Notes: a model not told the origin generated them from the sequence alone. Numbered from the stretch's first letter, positions 1 to 37,229 are shown. The stretch: DNA of 38,879 nt from Octopus bimaculoides (GCF_001194135.2 NC_068982.1:161184473-161223351); one strand, 5' to 3'. Numbers and translations: made by a program.

Positions 1-1813
1 TTTTTTTTTTTTTTTTTTTTTTTTGATAGAATGTAGGCACCTTACATTCATATACTCACCATTAAATCCAACACTGAAAACTAGCGCATGCTTCACTTTG
101 GATTATCAATGGTAACTTCTATAATCGTCATCTTTATATTTTCAGAAATAATTCTTTCATATAATGAATTGAAAATGAGAAGCACTTTATAAACGCGTAT
201 TTGAGAATTTGAAGAACATTTAATATAATAAATAGACTGCAATGGAATTCACAAACCAAAATGACAGATTCGGAAACTGATGCAATCAATCTTCTACCAT
301 TGGATTTTAATGTGTTTAAATAAATTTTTCACACTTATGCCAATGCATAAGAAGGAATAATGAGATGAAACATTGGTTACGAGACAGGGTAACAACGAAA
401 ACTTCAGTTTAAAAATGCATCCATCGTTTTCTTTCGCTTTCCTTCCATTTGAGGAAATTTTAATCATTTGAAGAACCCAAAGAAATTTACCAACTGGTTC
501 AAAAATAACTTGAAGGATACGAAAAGAGTTTCTCTCATATCTGGTTTTTCTAGAGTGCATGCAACGTGTAGCTTCTGTACTGTAAAAACAGTACAGATGA
601 TGTGCGAATTTAACAGAAATTTTAAAAATTAGGTTGTGTGAACCAGGAAATTATCGGAGAAATATATGCTATATTTATGGAGTTAGATTATATTATTTTA
701 CTCCAGTAAAACATTTTAACATAAGTTACAATCAGATGTTTAAATATAGTAAACACCAAACATCGAATTAAAAATACTTGTCTGCTATGAAAAAGGTAAC
801 ATTAGGTAACATGTCTAATATTTTAATTCCGAACATGTTTCGGTATTATTAGATCTCCTCTGGGAAGCATAGACTTCAATTTATTACCAAAGTAGTAATG
901 AGCAATTACTCAGTAGATGGATAATTTTTGTACTGGTATAGGCTTAGAAAACTAGTGTATTTTATAAAGTTATACCACCGAAGAAAAATACTCAAAGACG
1001 ACTAGGTAATTTTCCTCATCTTACAACCATTTCAAACGAAGTTTTTGATATTCCCTGTATAAAATGTGCTAACACTAACTTAACTCTTGCTTTATGCAGA
1101 TAGCCTCTCCGTGTAATTAAACTTAGTGATTCATTTATAATTTAATATGGTACGAATATAGAATAAGCTCTGCGGTGTAATAGCTAACACCTTTACCCTG
1201 AAAGTGATTGATAAGAATTTAGATTCCCGAATGGAAGTCAGTTCTTTTTCCTGTCTCAAATTAGTGCATATACAAGTTTATATGATTAATATTGATAAAT
1301 TTTAGTTTTAATTCATTATTGTAGAAAGACATGAAACAAAAGATTTAATACGGAAGAAAAAAAAGTATTTTTGGAGTTCGTTCATGATTTTACCCTCTCG
1401 GTCATTACGAGCAAATACGAAATGGAAGCAAGGAACCAACAAGTTTACATGTGTTGCATGATTATACTTTTTACAACAAACTTTTAGAAGTTCATAAAAA
1501 AATGTAACAAACAATTCCGATAATGATCTTTATTTAGATGAACTGACAGTAGGTATATTTAGCATCAAAAGAATAAACCAGATTAGCATAAAACATATAC
1601 AGTATTTTACTGATTGTATAGCTTGAATACTTTTAAGTGTATACGTGTGTGTGTATTTGTATGTGTGCATATATTTGTATTTGTATGTGTGCATATATTT
1701 ATATTTGTATGTGTGCACATATATATGTAAGTATATGTAAGTGTGTGTGTGTGTGTGTGCGCGCGCATGTGTGTGTGTGGGCGCGCATGTGTGTGTGTGT
1801 GTGTGTTTCTTAC

Positions 1814-1950
1814 TGAATGTTGAGTGTGCCCGAGTTGCTACTACCGGTGCTTCGTTTCCGATCTTCAGGCGAATAGGTACGCATGCACTGAATTTGCTTT
1901 AAATGCACTTTGATTGGCGGGGTGACTTTCTTTCAATAGCTTATTGGCTA
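1814..1950 (-). promoter_or_regulatory. Possible promoter and non-coding first exon of a neighbouring minus-strand gene
   Basis: On the minus strand: CCAAT (1947-1943), GC box overlapping a second CCAAT (1922-1913), TCAGT Inr-like motif (1891-1887), CpG-containing stretch, then donor-like TTCA|GTAAGA at 1813. Motif evidence only. Confidence 0.3.
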
Positions 1951-2049
1951 AGGAAGGGGAGAGGAAAAAAAGGCAAGAAAGAAGATAAGAGGATAAAAGG
2001 GATATAAAGGTGAAGCAAAAGAATGACATAGGTTACACTGGACATATGC

Positions 2050-2081
<32 letters not shown>

Positions 2082-2296
2082 NNNNNNNNNNNNNNNNNNN
2101 NNNNNNNNNNNNNNNNNNNNNNNNNNNNNNNNNNNNNNNNNNNNNNNNNNNNNNNNNNNNNNNNNNNNNNNNNNNNNNNNNNNNNNNNNNNNNNNNNNNN
2201 NNNNNNNNNNNNNNNNNNNNNNNNNNNNNNNNNNNNNNNNNNNNNNNNNNNNNNNNNNNNNNNNNNNNNNNNNNNNNNNNNNNNNNNNNNNNNNNN
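2082..2296. other. Assembly gap (other gaps: 5481-6020, 8010-8537, 23179-23907, 24854-25377, 29540-30044, 31244-31285, 33501-34166)
   Basis: Runs of N. Confidence 1.
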
Positions 2297-2327
<31 letters not shown>

Positions 2328-3258
2328 ATATATATATATGCACATATATACATGCACATACGCGATGTTGATATCAGTAGCAAAATACGAAAAAAAAATC
2401 TACTATTAGACTTCGAAATACGAACGTAGAACAAGAAGTGACTGACAGCAGGGAAAATGTACACAAGGAACGCATTGTCATAATAAGGTCATAGGGTTAT
2501 GACGAAATTTGACAAATCAGTTAAGTAGATTTGGTTTGAAAATAGCCACAAAGGTGAAACTCGTAGGGAACAAACGATATAAACTTTTCCTTATAATTTC
2601 TCATATACATATTCATGCATGTGTATGTATGTGATTGTATGTGCGTGTGTGTGTGTGTGCACACAAATATATATGTGCGTATATGTGTATAAACATGCAC
2701 ACACATATTAGTACAAAATACATACGTACGCACACGTATTGTATTTGCACATATATGTGTATGTGTGTATATATATACATATAGATAGACAGGATAGATA
2801 GGTAAGAATATGTATGTATGTATGAATGTATTATGTACGCATGCATGCATGTATGTATGTACATTTTTGTATGATCTAGTAAAAGATAACGCTGTGGTCC
2901 ACATTATATATGTCTTATGTATGATGAAAACCAGAGATGCAGCGAATTTTGGAGTCCGGCTACCCCTAACTCTAGTACTGGATACTCTGCCTTCCGTTCA
3001 TTATTATTGCCGTGTTTACATATAAACTCGCGCGCGCAAACACACATACACACACATGTATGTTTACATTTATGTATATCTATATATGTATATATATATG
3101 TATGCATTTATGTATATATGTATGTATAAACGTATGGTAATTGTAAATGCAAAAAGAGATCGTGAGAGAGAAAGAAAAGAGAGTCTTCATTATTGAAATA
3201 AATGATTTGTTGGTTCTTTTGATGTACAGTTCCTTCATGCCGAAGGTATGATGTATTT

Positions 3259-27324
<24,066 letters not shown>

Positions 27325-27885
27325 GGCTGATTCGATTTGGTTTTGATGGAGGAAATAATATTTGATGTGTTGACAAAAAAAAATTGAGTGAGTGAGTGAA
27401 TGAATGAATGAATGAAAGGAATAAAGAAAAAAATATATCAATCAATCAGTAAGACGTGGTGGTTAGACCATGTAAGATAAATGTCCGTATCGTATTCTTT
27501 TGCTGCGGTTGTTTTGGTTGTGGTGGTGTTTCGTGGGGGTCCTTTTTGCACTGAACGCAGCAGGCAATATGCTGAGCGGGCACAGTTGGGACAAATGTTA
27601 TGTGAAGCGAGTGCAAAGGTTTGTTATTTCAGTGAAGTAAGGAGGGGAGAAAAGAGGCGGGCAGCAGATATACATACATATACAGTCACACACATTTACA
27701 CATACACACACACACATAAACGTCACAGTAAAAAGGAAAAAGAAAAGTAAACAGCAATGCCGACAACAAAACGTTCGCAGTTACCTCCCTCTATCCTATC
27801 CTTTTCAGTACTTTCTTCAAGTTTACTTCTACAACTCTTCCATTTCTCTCTCTTCCCATCTGCTCATCAACGGTGCGTCCCCCTA

Positions 27886-27941
<56 letters not shown>

Positions 27942-28965
27942 TACTATCTCCCTCTCTCACTCTCTTTCTTCTCTCAACCTCTTATTATCTTTCACTTTCG
28001 ATCTTCTCTCGCTTCTTTCACCATTCCTACAAACTGTAATCTCTCATACGTTTTCTCTTATTTCACTCTTCTTCGCTGTTTCATACTTCAACCACCATCT
28101 TCCCCTTTCTTTCTTCAATACCCAACTCCACTTACAATCTCTTACTGACCACCCCACTTTTAGTCTCTTCCTCACACAAGCATGCGCGCGCACACACAAT
28201 GCGATTTTTTTCTTTTTTGCTTTTGTCTTTTTTTTTCTCACGTTATTTTCGTAATTCTTTTTCAGGATGTGCCTCTTTCCCCTCACTTAATAAGTTTATC
28301 ATAACCTTCTCTCTTTCTATTCAATCTCATTAGCACTCACCCCCTATCTTTATATCTCTGTCAATCTCATTCAACTCTTCTCTTTCGCTATCTTTATTTC
28401 TTTCTTTCTTTCATCTCTTCATTCAGTCATTCATTCAATAATTCTTTGTCTATCTGCCCACCCCTCCACCTATCTATATTTGTACCCATCATACAGCTAT
28501 AAATTTATCTACCCATTTATCCCTCCGTCTATATCGATGAAGTTATGTTATCATCAATCTACTTTTATCTAACTATATTTCTACCCAACCACACATCTAT
28601 CTATCTATCCATCGACCAATTTCTCCACATAACATGTCCGCCACTACATTCCTCCATGGCAAGATTTAATTTGTGTATACAAATTTAATTTGCGGTCCAT
28701 GGGAAGAGCCGTTTTAACGATGCGTCCTGCCCAGCTCTTCGAAACGCCGGTGTTAAAACGGGGGTAGCTGATGAAGTAGAATGTTCTCTGTGTGGCTTGT
28801 GTGTTTTCTCGTCTCTGTTTTGTTTACAATGTCCTGTACCCAGATATGCACCTATACATACAGGTGGATGTCGGTATGCACATACCTGTACGTATATATG
28901 CATATACTCATTTACTATTTGTTTTTACATATATATATAGAGAGAGAGATAGATAGATAGTTAGT

Positions 28966-29047
<82 letters not shown>

Positions 29048-29140
29048 TATTAATGTTGGTATTCATGTTCAACTATAATAAAAACAGTTTTACATTAATC
29101 TGAAGGATTACTCTATACTTTTGTACAGTACAAATTTAAT

Positions 29141-29226
29141 ATTCTTATACAAGGATGTTGCTGACAGTGACTTCGAAGTTGTCAACAACTTCGAAGTCAC
29201 TGCCAACAACATTCTTGTATAAGAAT
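29141..29226. other. 86-bp near-perfect inverted repeat (42-bp arms, 2-nt spacer)
   Basis: ATTCTTATACAAGGATGTTGCTGACAGTGACTTCGAAGTTGT-CA-ACAACTTCGAAGTCACTGCCAACAACATTCTTGTATAAGAAT; 39/42 Watson-Crick pairs. Confidence 0.9.
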
Positions 29227-29279
29227 TATGGAATCTTGCAACACAAATTCATAAACGTATATATGCGTTCTTTTATTCT

Positions 29280-29480
29280 TTTACTTGTTTCAGTCATTTG
29301 ACTGCGGCCATGCTGGAGCACCGCCTTGAAGGGTTTTAGCCGAAGAAATCGATCCCAGGACTTATTGTTTGGAAGCCTGGTACTTATTCTATCGGCCTAT
29401 TTTGCCGAACCGCAAAGTTACGGAGACATAAACACACCACCATCGTTTGTCAAGCGATGGTGGGAGAGAGAACAAGACAC
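29280..29480 (-). mobile_element. SINE 3' half
   Basis: The reverse complement matches 35040-35232 (cgcttgaca..cgatggtggtgtgttta...gctccagcatggccgcagtcaaatgactgaaacaa). Confidence 0.8.
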
Positions 29481-30264
29481 ACGCACACACACACGCACGC
29501 ACACACACACATTTATATATATAATATATATATATATATNNNNNNNNNNNNNNNNNNNNNNNNNNNNNNNNNNNNNNNNNNNNNNNNNNNNNNNNNNNNN
29601 NNNNNNNNNNNNNNNNNNNNNNNNNNNNNNNNNNNNNNNNNNNNNNNNNNNNNNNNNNNNNNNNNNNNNNNNNNNNNNNNNNNNNNNNNNNNNNNNNNNN
29701 NNNNNNNNNNNNNNNNNNNNNNNNNNNNNNNNNNNNNNNNNNNNNNNNNNNNNNNNNNNNNNNNNNNNNNNNNNNNNNNNNNNNNNNNNNNNNNNNNNNN
29801 NNNNNNNNNNNNNNNNNNNNNNNNNNNNNNNNNNNNNNNNNNNNNNNNNNNNNNNNNNNNNNNNNNNNNNNNNNNNNNNNNNNNNNNNNNNNNNNNNNNN
29901 NNNNNNNNNNNNNNNNNNNNNNNNNNNNNNNNNNNNNNNNNNNNNNNNNNNNNNNNNNNNNNNNNNNNNNNNNNNNNNNNNNNNNNNNNNNNNNNNNNNN
30001 NNNNNNNNNNNNNNNNNNNNNNNNNNNNNNNNNNNNNNNNNNNNATATATGCATATATCCATACATATATGCACATACCTACATCTATATGTATACATAC
30101 ATGCATATATGGGTACAGGACATAAAAAAAAACGTTAAACACAATGAGAAATGAAAACATAGAAAACGAACTTTTTTCGAACAACGAAAAACACAAACAG
30201 AGAAAACAAACAGTGAAATGAGACATGCAACATAAAGACTGTACCCCTTCGTCAGTTGTCCCTG

Positions 30265-30549
30265 TAGATGAAAGGATAGATGGAAGGATAGATGGAAGGA
30301 TAGATGGAAGGATAGATGGAAGGATAGATGGAAGGATAGATGAAAGGATAGATGAAAGGATAGATGGAAGGATAGATGAAAGGATAGATGGAAGGATAGA
30401 TGAAAGGATAGATGAAAGGATAGATGGTAGGTGGCGAATTGGCCGAGACGTTAGACCGTCAGCTAAATTGCTTTGCGGTAATCGTTCCGGCTCACTGCGC
30501 TGCGTTCAAATAGAGTCTAGGTAAACTTTGACTTTCATGCCTCTAGGGG
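30265..30549 (+). repeat. Left arm of inverted duplication: 12-bp minisatellite (ATAGATG[G/A]AAGG)n plus old SINE fragment
   Basis: 30421-30549 is the exact reverse complement of 30987-31115. Confidence 0.9.
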
Positions 30550-30986
30550 AAAGACAATTCGCGACTTCGTTGAAACAGTCCTTCCCGCAAAACAAATTAA
30601 ATAAAATTTGGGATTTTTTGCGGAGGGTGAAAGTGTTAACAAGAACAGGACAGTGAGAACAAGACAGTAAAAACAAACGCTGAGGGCTGTTGAGCCGCAC
30701 GACGGGCTTCTCTCAGTTTGTCTACCAAATCCACTTACAAGACTTTGGTTGGCCTGAGGCTACAGTAGAAGACGCTTGTACTTCTTTGAGCTGTCAATTT
30801 CTGATGAAGTTATAGGAACGCCATTGTACAGCATGTCTTGGGCATTTTTGAATCTGGTGGAACCCATGGCTCTCCGAGTCTGATTTCTTCCAGAAAGAAC
30901 AAACAGAAAGAAAGAATGACCGAAAGAGAAGACGTGAAGCCCCAAACACCACCAACCCACTACAGGATTGGTACTTTAATTATTGA

Positions 30987-31490
30987 CCCCTAGAGGCATG
31001 AAAGTCAAAGTTTACCTAGACTCTATTTGAACGCAGCGCAGTGAGCCGGAACGATTACCGCAAAGCAATTTAGCTGACGGTCTAACGTCTCGGCCAATTC
31101 GCCACCTACCATCTATCCTTTCATCTATCCTTTCATCTATCCTTCCATCTATCCTTTCATCTATCCTTCCATCTATCCTTTCATCTATCCTTTCATCTAT
31201 CCTTCCATCCATTCTTCTATCTATCTTTCCATCTAACTATTTANNNNNNNNNNNNNNNNNNNNNNNNNNNNNNNNNNNNNNNNNNTCTATCCTTTCATCT
31301 ATCCTTCCATCTATCCTTCCATCTATCCTTCCATCTATCCTTCCATCTATCCTTCCATCTATCCTTCCATCTATCCTTTCATCTATCCTTCCATCTATCC
31401 TTCCATCTATCCTTCCATCTATCCTTCCATCTATCCTTCCATCTATCCTTCCATCTATCCTTTCATCTATCCTTTCATCTATCCTTCCAT
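30987..31490 (-). repeat. Right arm of inverted duplication and 12-bp minisatellite spanning a gap
   Basis: (CCTT[T/C]CATCTAT)n arrays on both sides of the 31244-31285 gap. Confidence 0.9.
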
Positions 31491-31653
31491 CCATTCTTCT
31501 ATCTATCTTTCCATCTAACTATTTATCATCTATTTGTCCATCTTGCTATCCATCTATCTACTAATTATCTGTCCACCTATTTATCCATGTAGCTACCGCT
31601 TTATCTATCAATCAATCTATCTATAGTTCACTTTTCTTTCATATTTCAAATTT

Positions 31654-31710
<57 letters not shown>

Positions 31711-31795
31711 AAGTTCTACTTCTCAATATCCTTTTCTACTTGAAGTTTCCCCTCTCTCCCTCGCTCTCTCCATCGCTTTCTCCTTCTCGCTCTCT

Positions 31796-31858
<63 letters not shown>

Positions 31859-32393
31859 ATTTATCTATCTATCTCCTTAAAAGAGCCCGACTATTTAATA
31901 TCCTTTTCTAAATGGAATTTCCCCTCTCTCCCTCTCTCTGCCTCTCTCTCTTTCTCTCTGTCTCTCTCTCCCTCTCTCTTTGAGTCATAATATACCTTCT
32001 CCCACTTCTCTCTCTTTCTGTTGATAGCCATTTCACTTTCAGCCTCATCAGTTTTACCCTCTCTGTTCTTTCCCTCCTATCCAATCCACGCATAATTTTA
32101 CTCATCTCTCCCTATCTATCTATTTATCTATCTATCTATCTCCATCTATCTATCAACCCTTCTTTCTTTCTTCTTCGTCCTTCACGTACCCCTTCCCTCA
32201 CTTTTTCACACAAACGCATTCATGTTCACCCACATTCACAACGCCCTCACAAAAAAAAATCGCATTTAACCTCATCGATCTCCTCGAGCTCATAAAAGTT
32301 GTGGGAGGTTTTGTCTGCTCCTCCTCCTCCTCAACATCATCCTCCCTTGACTAATTAATGTCAAAATACACATTCACATAAACACATACATGT

Positions 32394-32430
<37 letters not shown>

Positions 32431-32837
32431 TACACACATGCATAATCATATTTATAGTCATAAAGACACACTTATATACACACTTACGCATCCATGCATA
32501 TTTACGCGCCTACTCACTCAAAGGCTCTCATACACACACAATCGTATATAGCCAAATACACATACTCATACACAAACATATCTACATACACGCATACACG
32601 CACAGTCGTAAATGTTTACGCACTTTCACCCGCATTAGTTTGCACATACACATTCACACACAATACTACTGAACAAAGTACATTTACACACACAAACATG
32701 TCCTCGTACATAAATACGTACGCATACACTCGCAGCATGTATACATATTTACACATACTTACACATTCGTACTTAAATTTATACACACACGCGCGCACTT
32801 CTCACTTTCCCTCTCTTTCTCCCCTCTCTTTCCCTCC

Positions 32838-32877
<40 letters not shown>

Positions 32878-33097
32878 ATACATGCCCTTCTGCTCTCTCA
32901 CAACCTCATCCACTCTCTCCCTCATTTTTACTGTCTGTCCCTCTGGATGTCTCTATATCTGACATCTCTTTTTGCTTCAGCACTATCTTAACCACTTTTT
33001 CCGCTTATCGACCTAACCATCAAACTGTAATTTTTATAACTATCGCTGCATACAAGTGCGTGTATCTGCGTATGTGTATATGTGTACGTGTATAAGT

Positions 33098-33180
<83 letters not shown>

Positions 33181-34624
33181 TGTATGTACGTTCAGTTTGA
33201 TAAGTGCTAACGCTTAACCAATTTCTCGCACCGTCTCTGATGAAGGGATATATAAAATATCTCTTCTCTTTATAAATGTTCTGAAATCTTACATAGCCTT
33301 GGATTTTTTTATCTCATTTTGTTAATTATATATATAATATAGGGTAAAATTAATTAGTTAATTAATTAATTGATAATTATAAATTAAACCAAGTAGTCAG
33401 TACGTTAAAAGAAACCTTTTTAGGTGAATTGTACAAAATATTTTATAATTATGTATATAATTATAGAATATTGTATGTATATATATATATATATATATAT
33501 NNNNNNNNNNNNNNNNNNNNNNNNNNNNNNNNNNNNNNNNNNNNNNNNNNNNNNNNNNNNNNNNNNNNNNNNNNNNNNNNNNNNNNNNNNNNNNNNNNNN
33601 NNNNNNNNNNNNNNNNNNNNNNNNNNNNNNNNNNNNNNNNNNNNNNNNNNNNNNNNNNNNNNNNNNNNNNNNNNNNNNNNNNNNNNNNNNNNNNNNNNNN
33701 NNNNNNNNNNNNNNNNNNNNNNNNNNNNNNNNNNNNNNNNNNNNNNNNNNNNNNNNNNNNNNNNNNNNNNNNNNNNNNNNNNNNNNNNNNNNNNNNNNNN
33801 NNNNNNNNNNNNNNNNNNNNNNNNNNNNNNNNNNNNNNNNNNNNNNNNNNNNNNNNNNNNNNNNNNNNNNNNNNNNNNNNNNNNNNNNNNNNNNNNNNNN
33901 NNNNNNNNNNNNNNNNNNNNNNNNNNNNNNNNNNNNNNNNNNNNNNNNNNNNNNNNNNNNNNNNNNNNNNNNNNNNNNNNNNNNNNNNNNNNNNNNNNNN
34001 NNNNNNNNNNNNNNNNNNNNNNNNNNNNNNNNNNNNNNNNNNNNNNNNNNNNNNNNNNNNNNNNNNNNNNNNNNNNNNNNNNNNNNNNNNNNNNNNNNNN
34101 NNNNNNNNNNNNNNNNNNNNNNNNNNNNNNNNNNNNNNNNNNNNNNNNNNNNNNNNNNNNNNNNNNTATATATATATATATGTATGTATGTATAATATAT
34201 ATATATATATATGTATGTATGTATGTATATGAGTGTATATGAGTATGTGCAAATGAGTGTACTTGAATATGTATGTGTGTGTGTGGGTGTGGGTGTGTGC
34301 GTGCGTGCGTGTTTCGCAATCTTGGAATCTTGGCCAAGCGTGATTTTCTATAGACTCAAATCAACCTATACCTTGTAAGTGAAATTGGCATGACTCAGAC
34401 TGTGGAGAAACCTGTCCCGATGGATTATACTTTTAATGCAAGGACCCAGTCTTGTCACACATTGTATTGCACTCATTGCACTATTTTTGCCTGGGAATTG
34501 TGTTAGTTGAAGAATACACTTTCACGCTAAGTTAATGAACCTGGTAATTTAAGTTAATGGAACAACTGAAAACTCAAAGGCTGTGAGCCAGATCAATTTA
34601 TACGTACATACATACATACATACA

Positions 34625-34656
<32 letters not shown>

Positions 34657-34666
34657 ATCACAGATA

Positions 34667-34743
34667 TAGGTCGTCGTCGACTTACGACCTATCCGACTTA
34701 CGGCTTACGGAACCAATTGCGGTCGTAAGTCGACGTCGACCTG
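34667..34743. mobile_element. 77-bp mini-MITE with pogo/Tigger-like TIRs
   Basis: TA flanks; TIR (T/C)AGGTCG(T/A)CGTCGACTTACGACC at both ends. Confidence 0.65.
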
Positions 34744-34775
34744 TAGATATATATATATATATATATATATTGTAT

Positions 34776-34960
34776 AGGTCCAGGAGTGACTGGGTGGTGA
34801 GTAGCTTGCTTACCAGCCACCTGGTTCTGGGTTTCAGTCCCACCATGTGGCACCTTGGGCAAATGTTTTCTAATATAGCCTCAGGCCGACCAAAGCCTTG
34901 TGAGTGGATTTGGTAGACGGAAACTGAAAGAAGCTCGTCGTATGTGTGTGTATGTGTGTG

Positions 34961-35024
<64 letters not shown>

Positions 35025-35232
35025 TTGTGTGTCTGTGTTTGTCCCCCAACATCGCTTGACAATCGATGGTGGTGTGTTTACGTCCCCGTTACTTAGCGGG
35101 TCGGCAAAAGGGAACGATAGAATAAGTACTAGGCTTACAAAGAATAAATCCTGAGGTCGATTTGCTCGACTAAAAGGCAGTGCTCCAGCATGGCCGCAGT
35201 CAAATGACTGAAACAAATAAAAGAATAAAAGA
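34776..35232 (+). mobile_element. Full-length tRNA-derived SINE with internal (GT)n
   Basis: tRNA-like head (ggagtgactgggtggtgagtagcttgc...gggtttcagtccc), central ggccgaccaaagccttgtgagtggatttggtagacggaaactg domain, (GT)n, and a 3' part matching the 29280 copy with an A-rich tail. A minus-strand fragment of the central domain also lies at about 30700-30777. Confidence 0.85.
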
Positions 35233-35234
35233 TT

Positions 35235-35815
35235 ATATGTATAATCATCTTGATCTTCTTGACCGACCAGACTGTCGGGTGTCGTTTCGACACCACTGGG
35301 CACAACACGCTGTCCATTCCTCTCTAGATCATACCTTCTTCATCTACGTAGCTCCAAACGCTTACACAGATACCACTTGAATCCACTGATTGTCGGTGAA
35401 CCGAGCGACGTATCCAGCCTATCTGAACTTCTGGCTTATATATTCTGTGATAATGTCTCTCACGCCAGATTTCTCTCTAGTCGCTTCGCTCAGAATGTGC
35501 TCTTTCAGCGACACTCTGAGCATTGACTTTTCATAGTTCTTTGAACAGTTACCAGCCTCTGCTCCTCTCTCTTCATCGTAGCCCAGGTTTTGCTTCTGTA
35601 CAAAATTGCAGATAAAACCGTACCGCTGAAGAGGTTGGCGCGAGTGATCCTATCCAGCTTTCTTTTGAGCACATTTTTGATGGAGTTGAACGCTTTCTAT
35701 CCGGCCCTTAATCTCCGCGAGATCTCCTTCTCCATGTCTCGGCGCATATTCACCTCTTGTCCATGGTAGACGTATTCCTCCACCTCCTCTATTTCGTTGT
35801 CTCTAAGACAACTTA
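35235..35815 (-). mobile_element. 5'-truncated RTE-clade LINE remnant
   Basis: Minus translation EIEEVEEYVYHGQEVNMRRDMEKEISRRLRAG*KAFNSIKNVL...ILYRSKTWA...MLRVSLKEHI...R*AGYVARFTDNQW is typical of the RTE post-RT region. Confidence 0.85.
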
Positions 35816-36739
35816 TCAAATCTGCGGGCTGGAATCACATAGCCTCTTTATTGGGGTGGGTAAATATACAATCATTGTCAGTTTGGTGGTGGAAAGTCAT
35901 AACCACAGATGCACTTTTCGGCTACATAAAAGTATAACTGCCCAAAATTTCTTTTAGAGTGTGCTTTTTTTTTTACTTATGGGCAACTGTCCGGTGCTGG
36001 TGTTTTGTTTCCATTTGATTGTTAGCTGTGTTTAGTGGTAGAAGCAGCATCAAGAGTGATTGCCAATAGTAGCTATGGCAGGAATGTTAGTGGCTGTAAT
36101 AGTCGTTTTCTGAGCCTAACTTGTAGCAGTAGTTGATGTGGTAGTCGGTAGTTGTCTCCTTTTCTCTACTACAAGTATTTAAATGTGGTTAGTATTTGGT
36201 TATGAAGGGTGTTTTTCTGTTGTTGCGTTGTTGTTGAGTTGTGTAGTCACTGAATTGTTATAAAGGGAAAATCGTAAACTCTGGTTGTTTTTTATCTACA
36301 CGTGTCTATAAATCAAATTAGCGATGACACAATTTGAGACAAAAAAATAAACAGTTCTACACATAAGGTTCGCACCTCATCTACAGTTATATATATGCAA
36401 TATATGTGCGTGTATATGTGCGTGTGTGTGTGTGCGCGCGCGTCTAAGTATGTACAGACACCGCTCTCTCTCTCTCTCGCGCGCGCGCACACGCACACAC
36501 AGACATATTATTATTATTATTATTATTATTGTTTTTATTCGCATTCATAGCAAGCCTAGATGTTAACCGTGAACAATAAAATAACTTTTTTTCAACTTAT
36601 CGAACTTCGATATGGGGAAAACATACGACCTAGTACGACAATAAATTATTATTGTTCCTGAAAGTTGTTTTTTTATACCTACTACAGACTGCTCAAAGCT
36701 TACTAACTTCCTACTCCTAGATCCTTGTATCTTACAATT

Positions 36740-36823
<84 letters not shown>

Positions 36824-37229
36824 TTAAATAGAAATTAAAATAAGATTTTAATTTATGCATAAAACACACAGCCTGTCTACGTGAATTGTGTGTCTACTTT
36901 GACCTGATTACTGATTGGATTTGCAGAATCAAAATGTTTGTCCGCGAAGTAATTTCACGCCCGGTATTATAAAGCAATTGATTTTTTTCTTTCTTCTGGG
37001 ACTTTAAAAATTTCTTAATATGAAACAGATGCCCTTTAATTGAAACATGCAGTATATTTCAAAATATTACTTTACATATACAGTTGAAAACAAATTAGCT
37101 GAATATAAAAGAGGACTGAATATCTTCATTACACTATTTTTCTCAGCGCCAAGTTCTTGGCAGGATATGCCTAACACATAGACATAAACATACACACAGA
37201 GAAAAAAATATATAAATAGATATATGTAA

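Noticed and set aside
294-600. 88-aa minus ORF with possible acceptor (tttttacag) and donor (G|GTAAAT)
   Set aside because: No recognisable homology in any frame; the splice-like sites may be chance in AT-rich DNA.
27325-27760. FABP core promoter or TSS
   Set aside because: No unambiguous TATA/Inr arrangement or upstream non-coding exon could be assigned from sequence alone.
28740-28780. GAAAC...CUGAUGA in permuted order (type II hammerhead?)
   Set aside because: The flanks do not form stem II; other CTGATGA hits (3712 minus, 16375, 30804, 32044 minus) also lack the required stems.
30225-31494. (DGRI/DERI)n ORFs, and CRISPR-like reading of the 12-bp array
   Set aside because: A spacer-less minisatellite in a eukaryotic genome; the ORFs are artefacts.
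33231-33270. CUGAUGA-A-GGGAUA(7)UAUCUC, a hammerhead-like half motif
   Set aside because: No GAAA follows stem II and there is no NUH or stem I partner; at most a truncated Penelope-like relic.
36735-36822. (CA)n-TGTATATA-(TG)n inverted microsatellite hairpin
   Set aside because: A common by-product of dinucleotide repeats in this genome.
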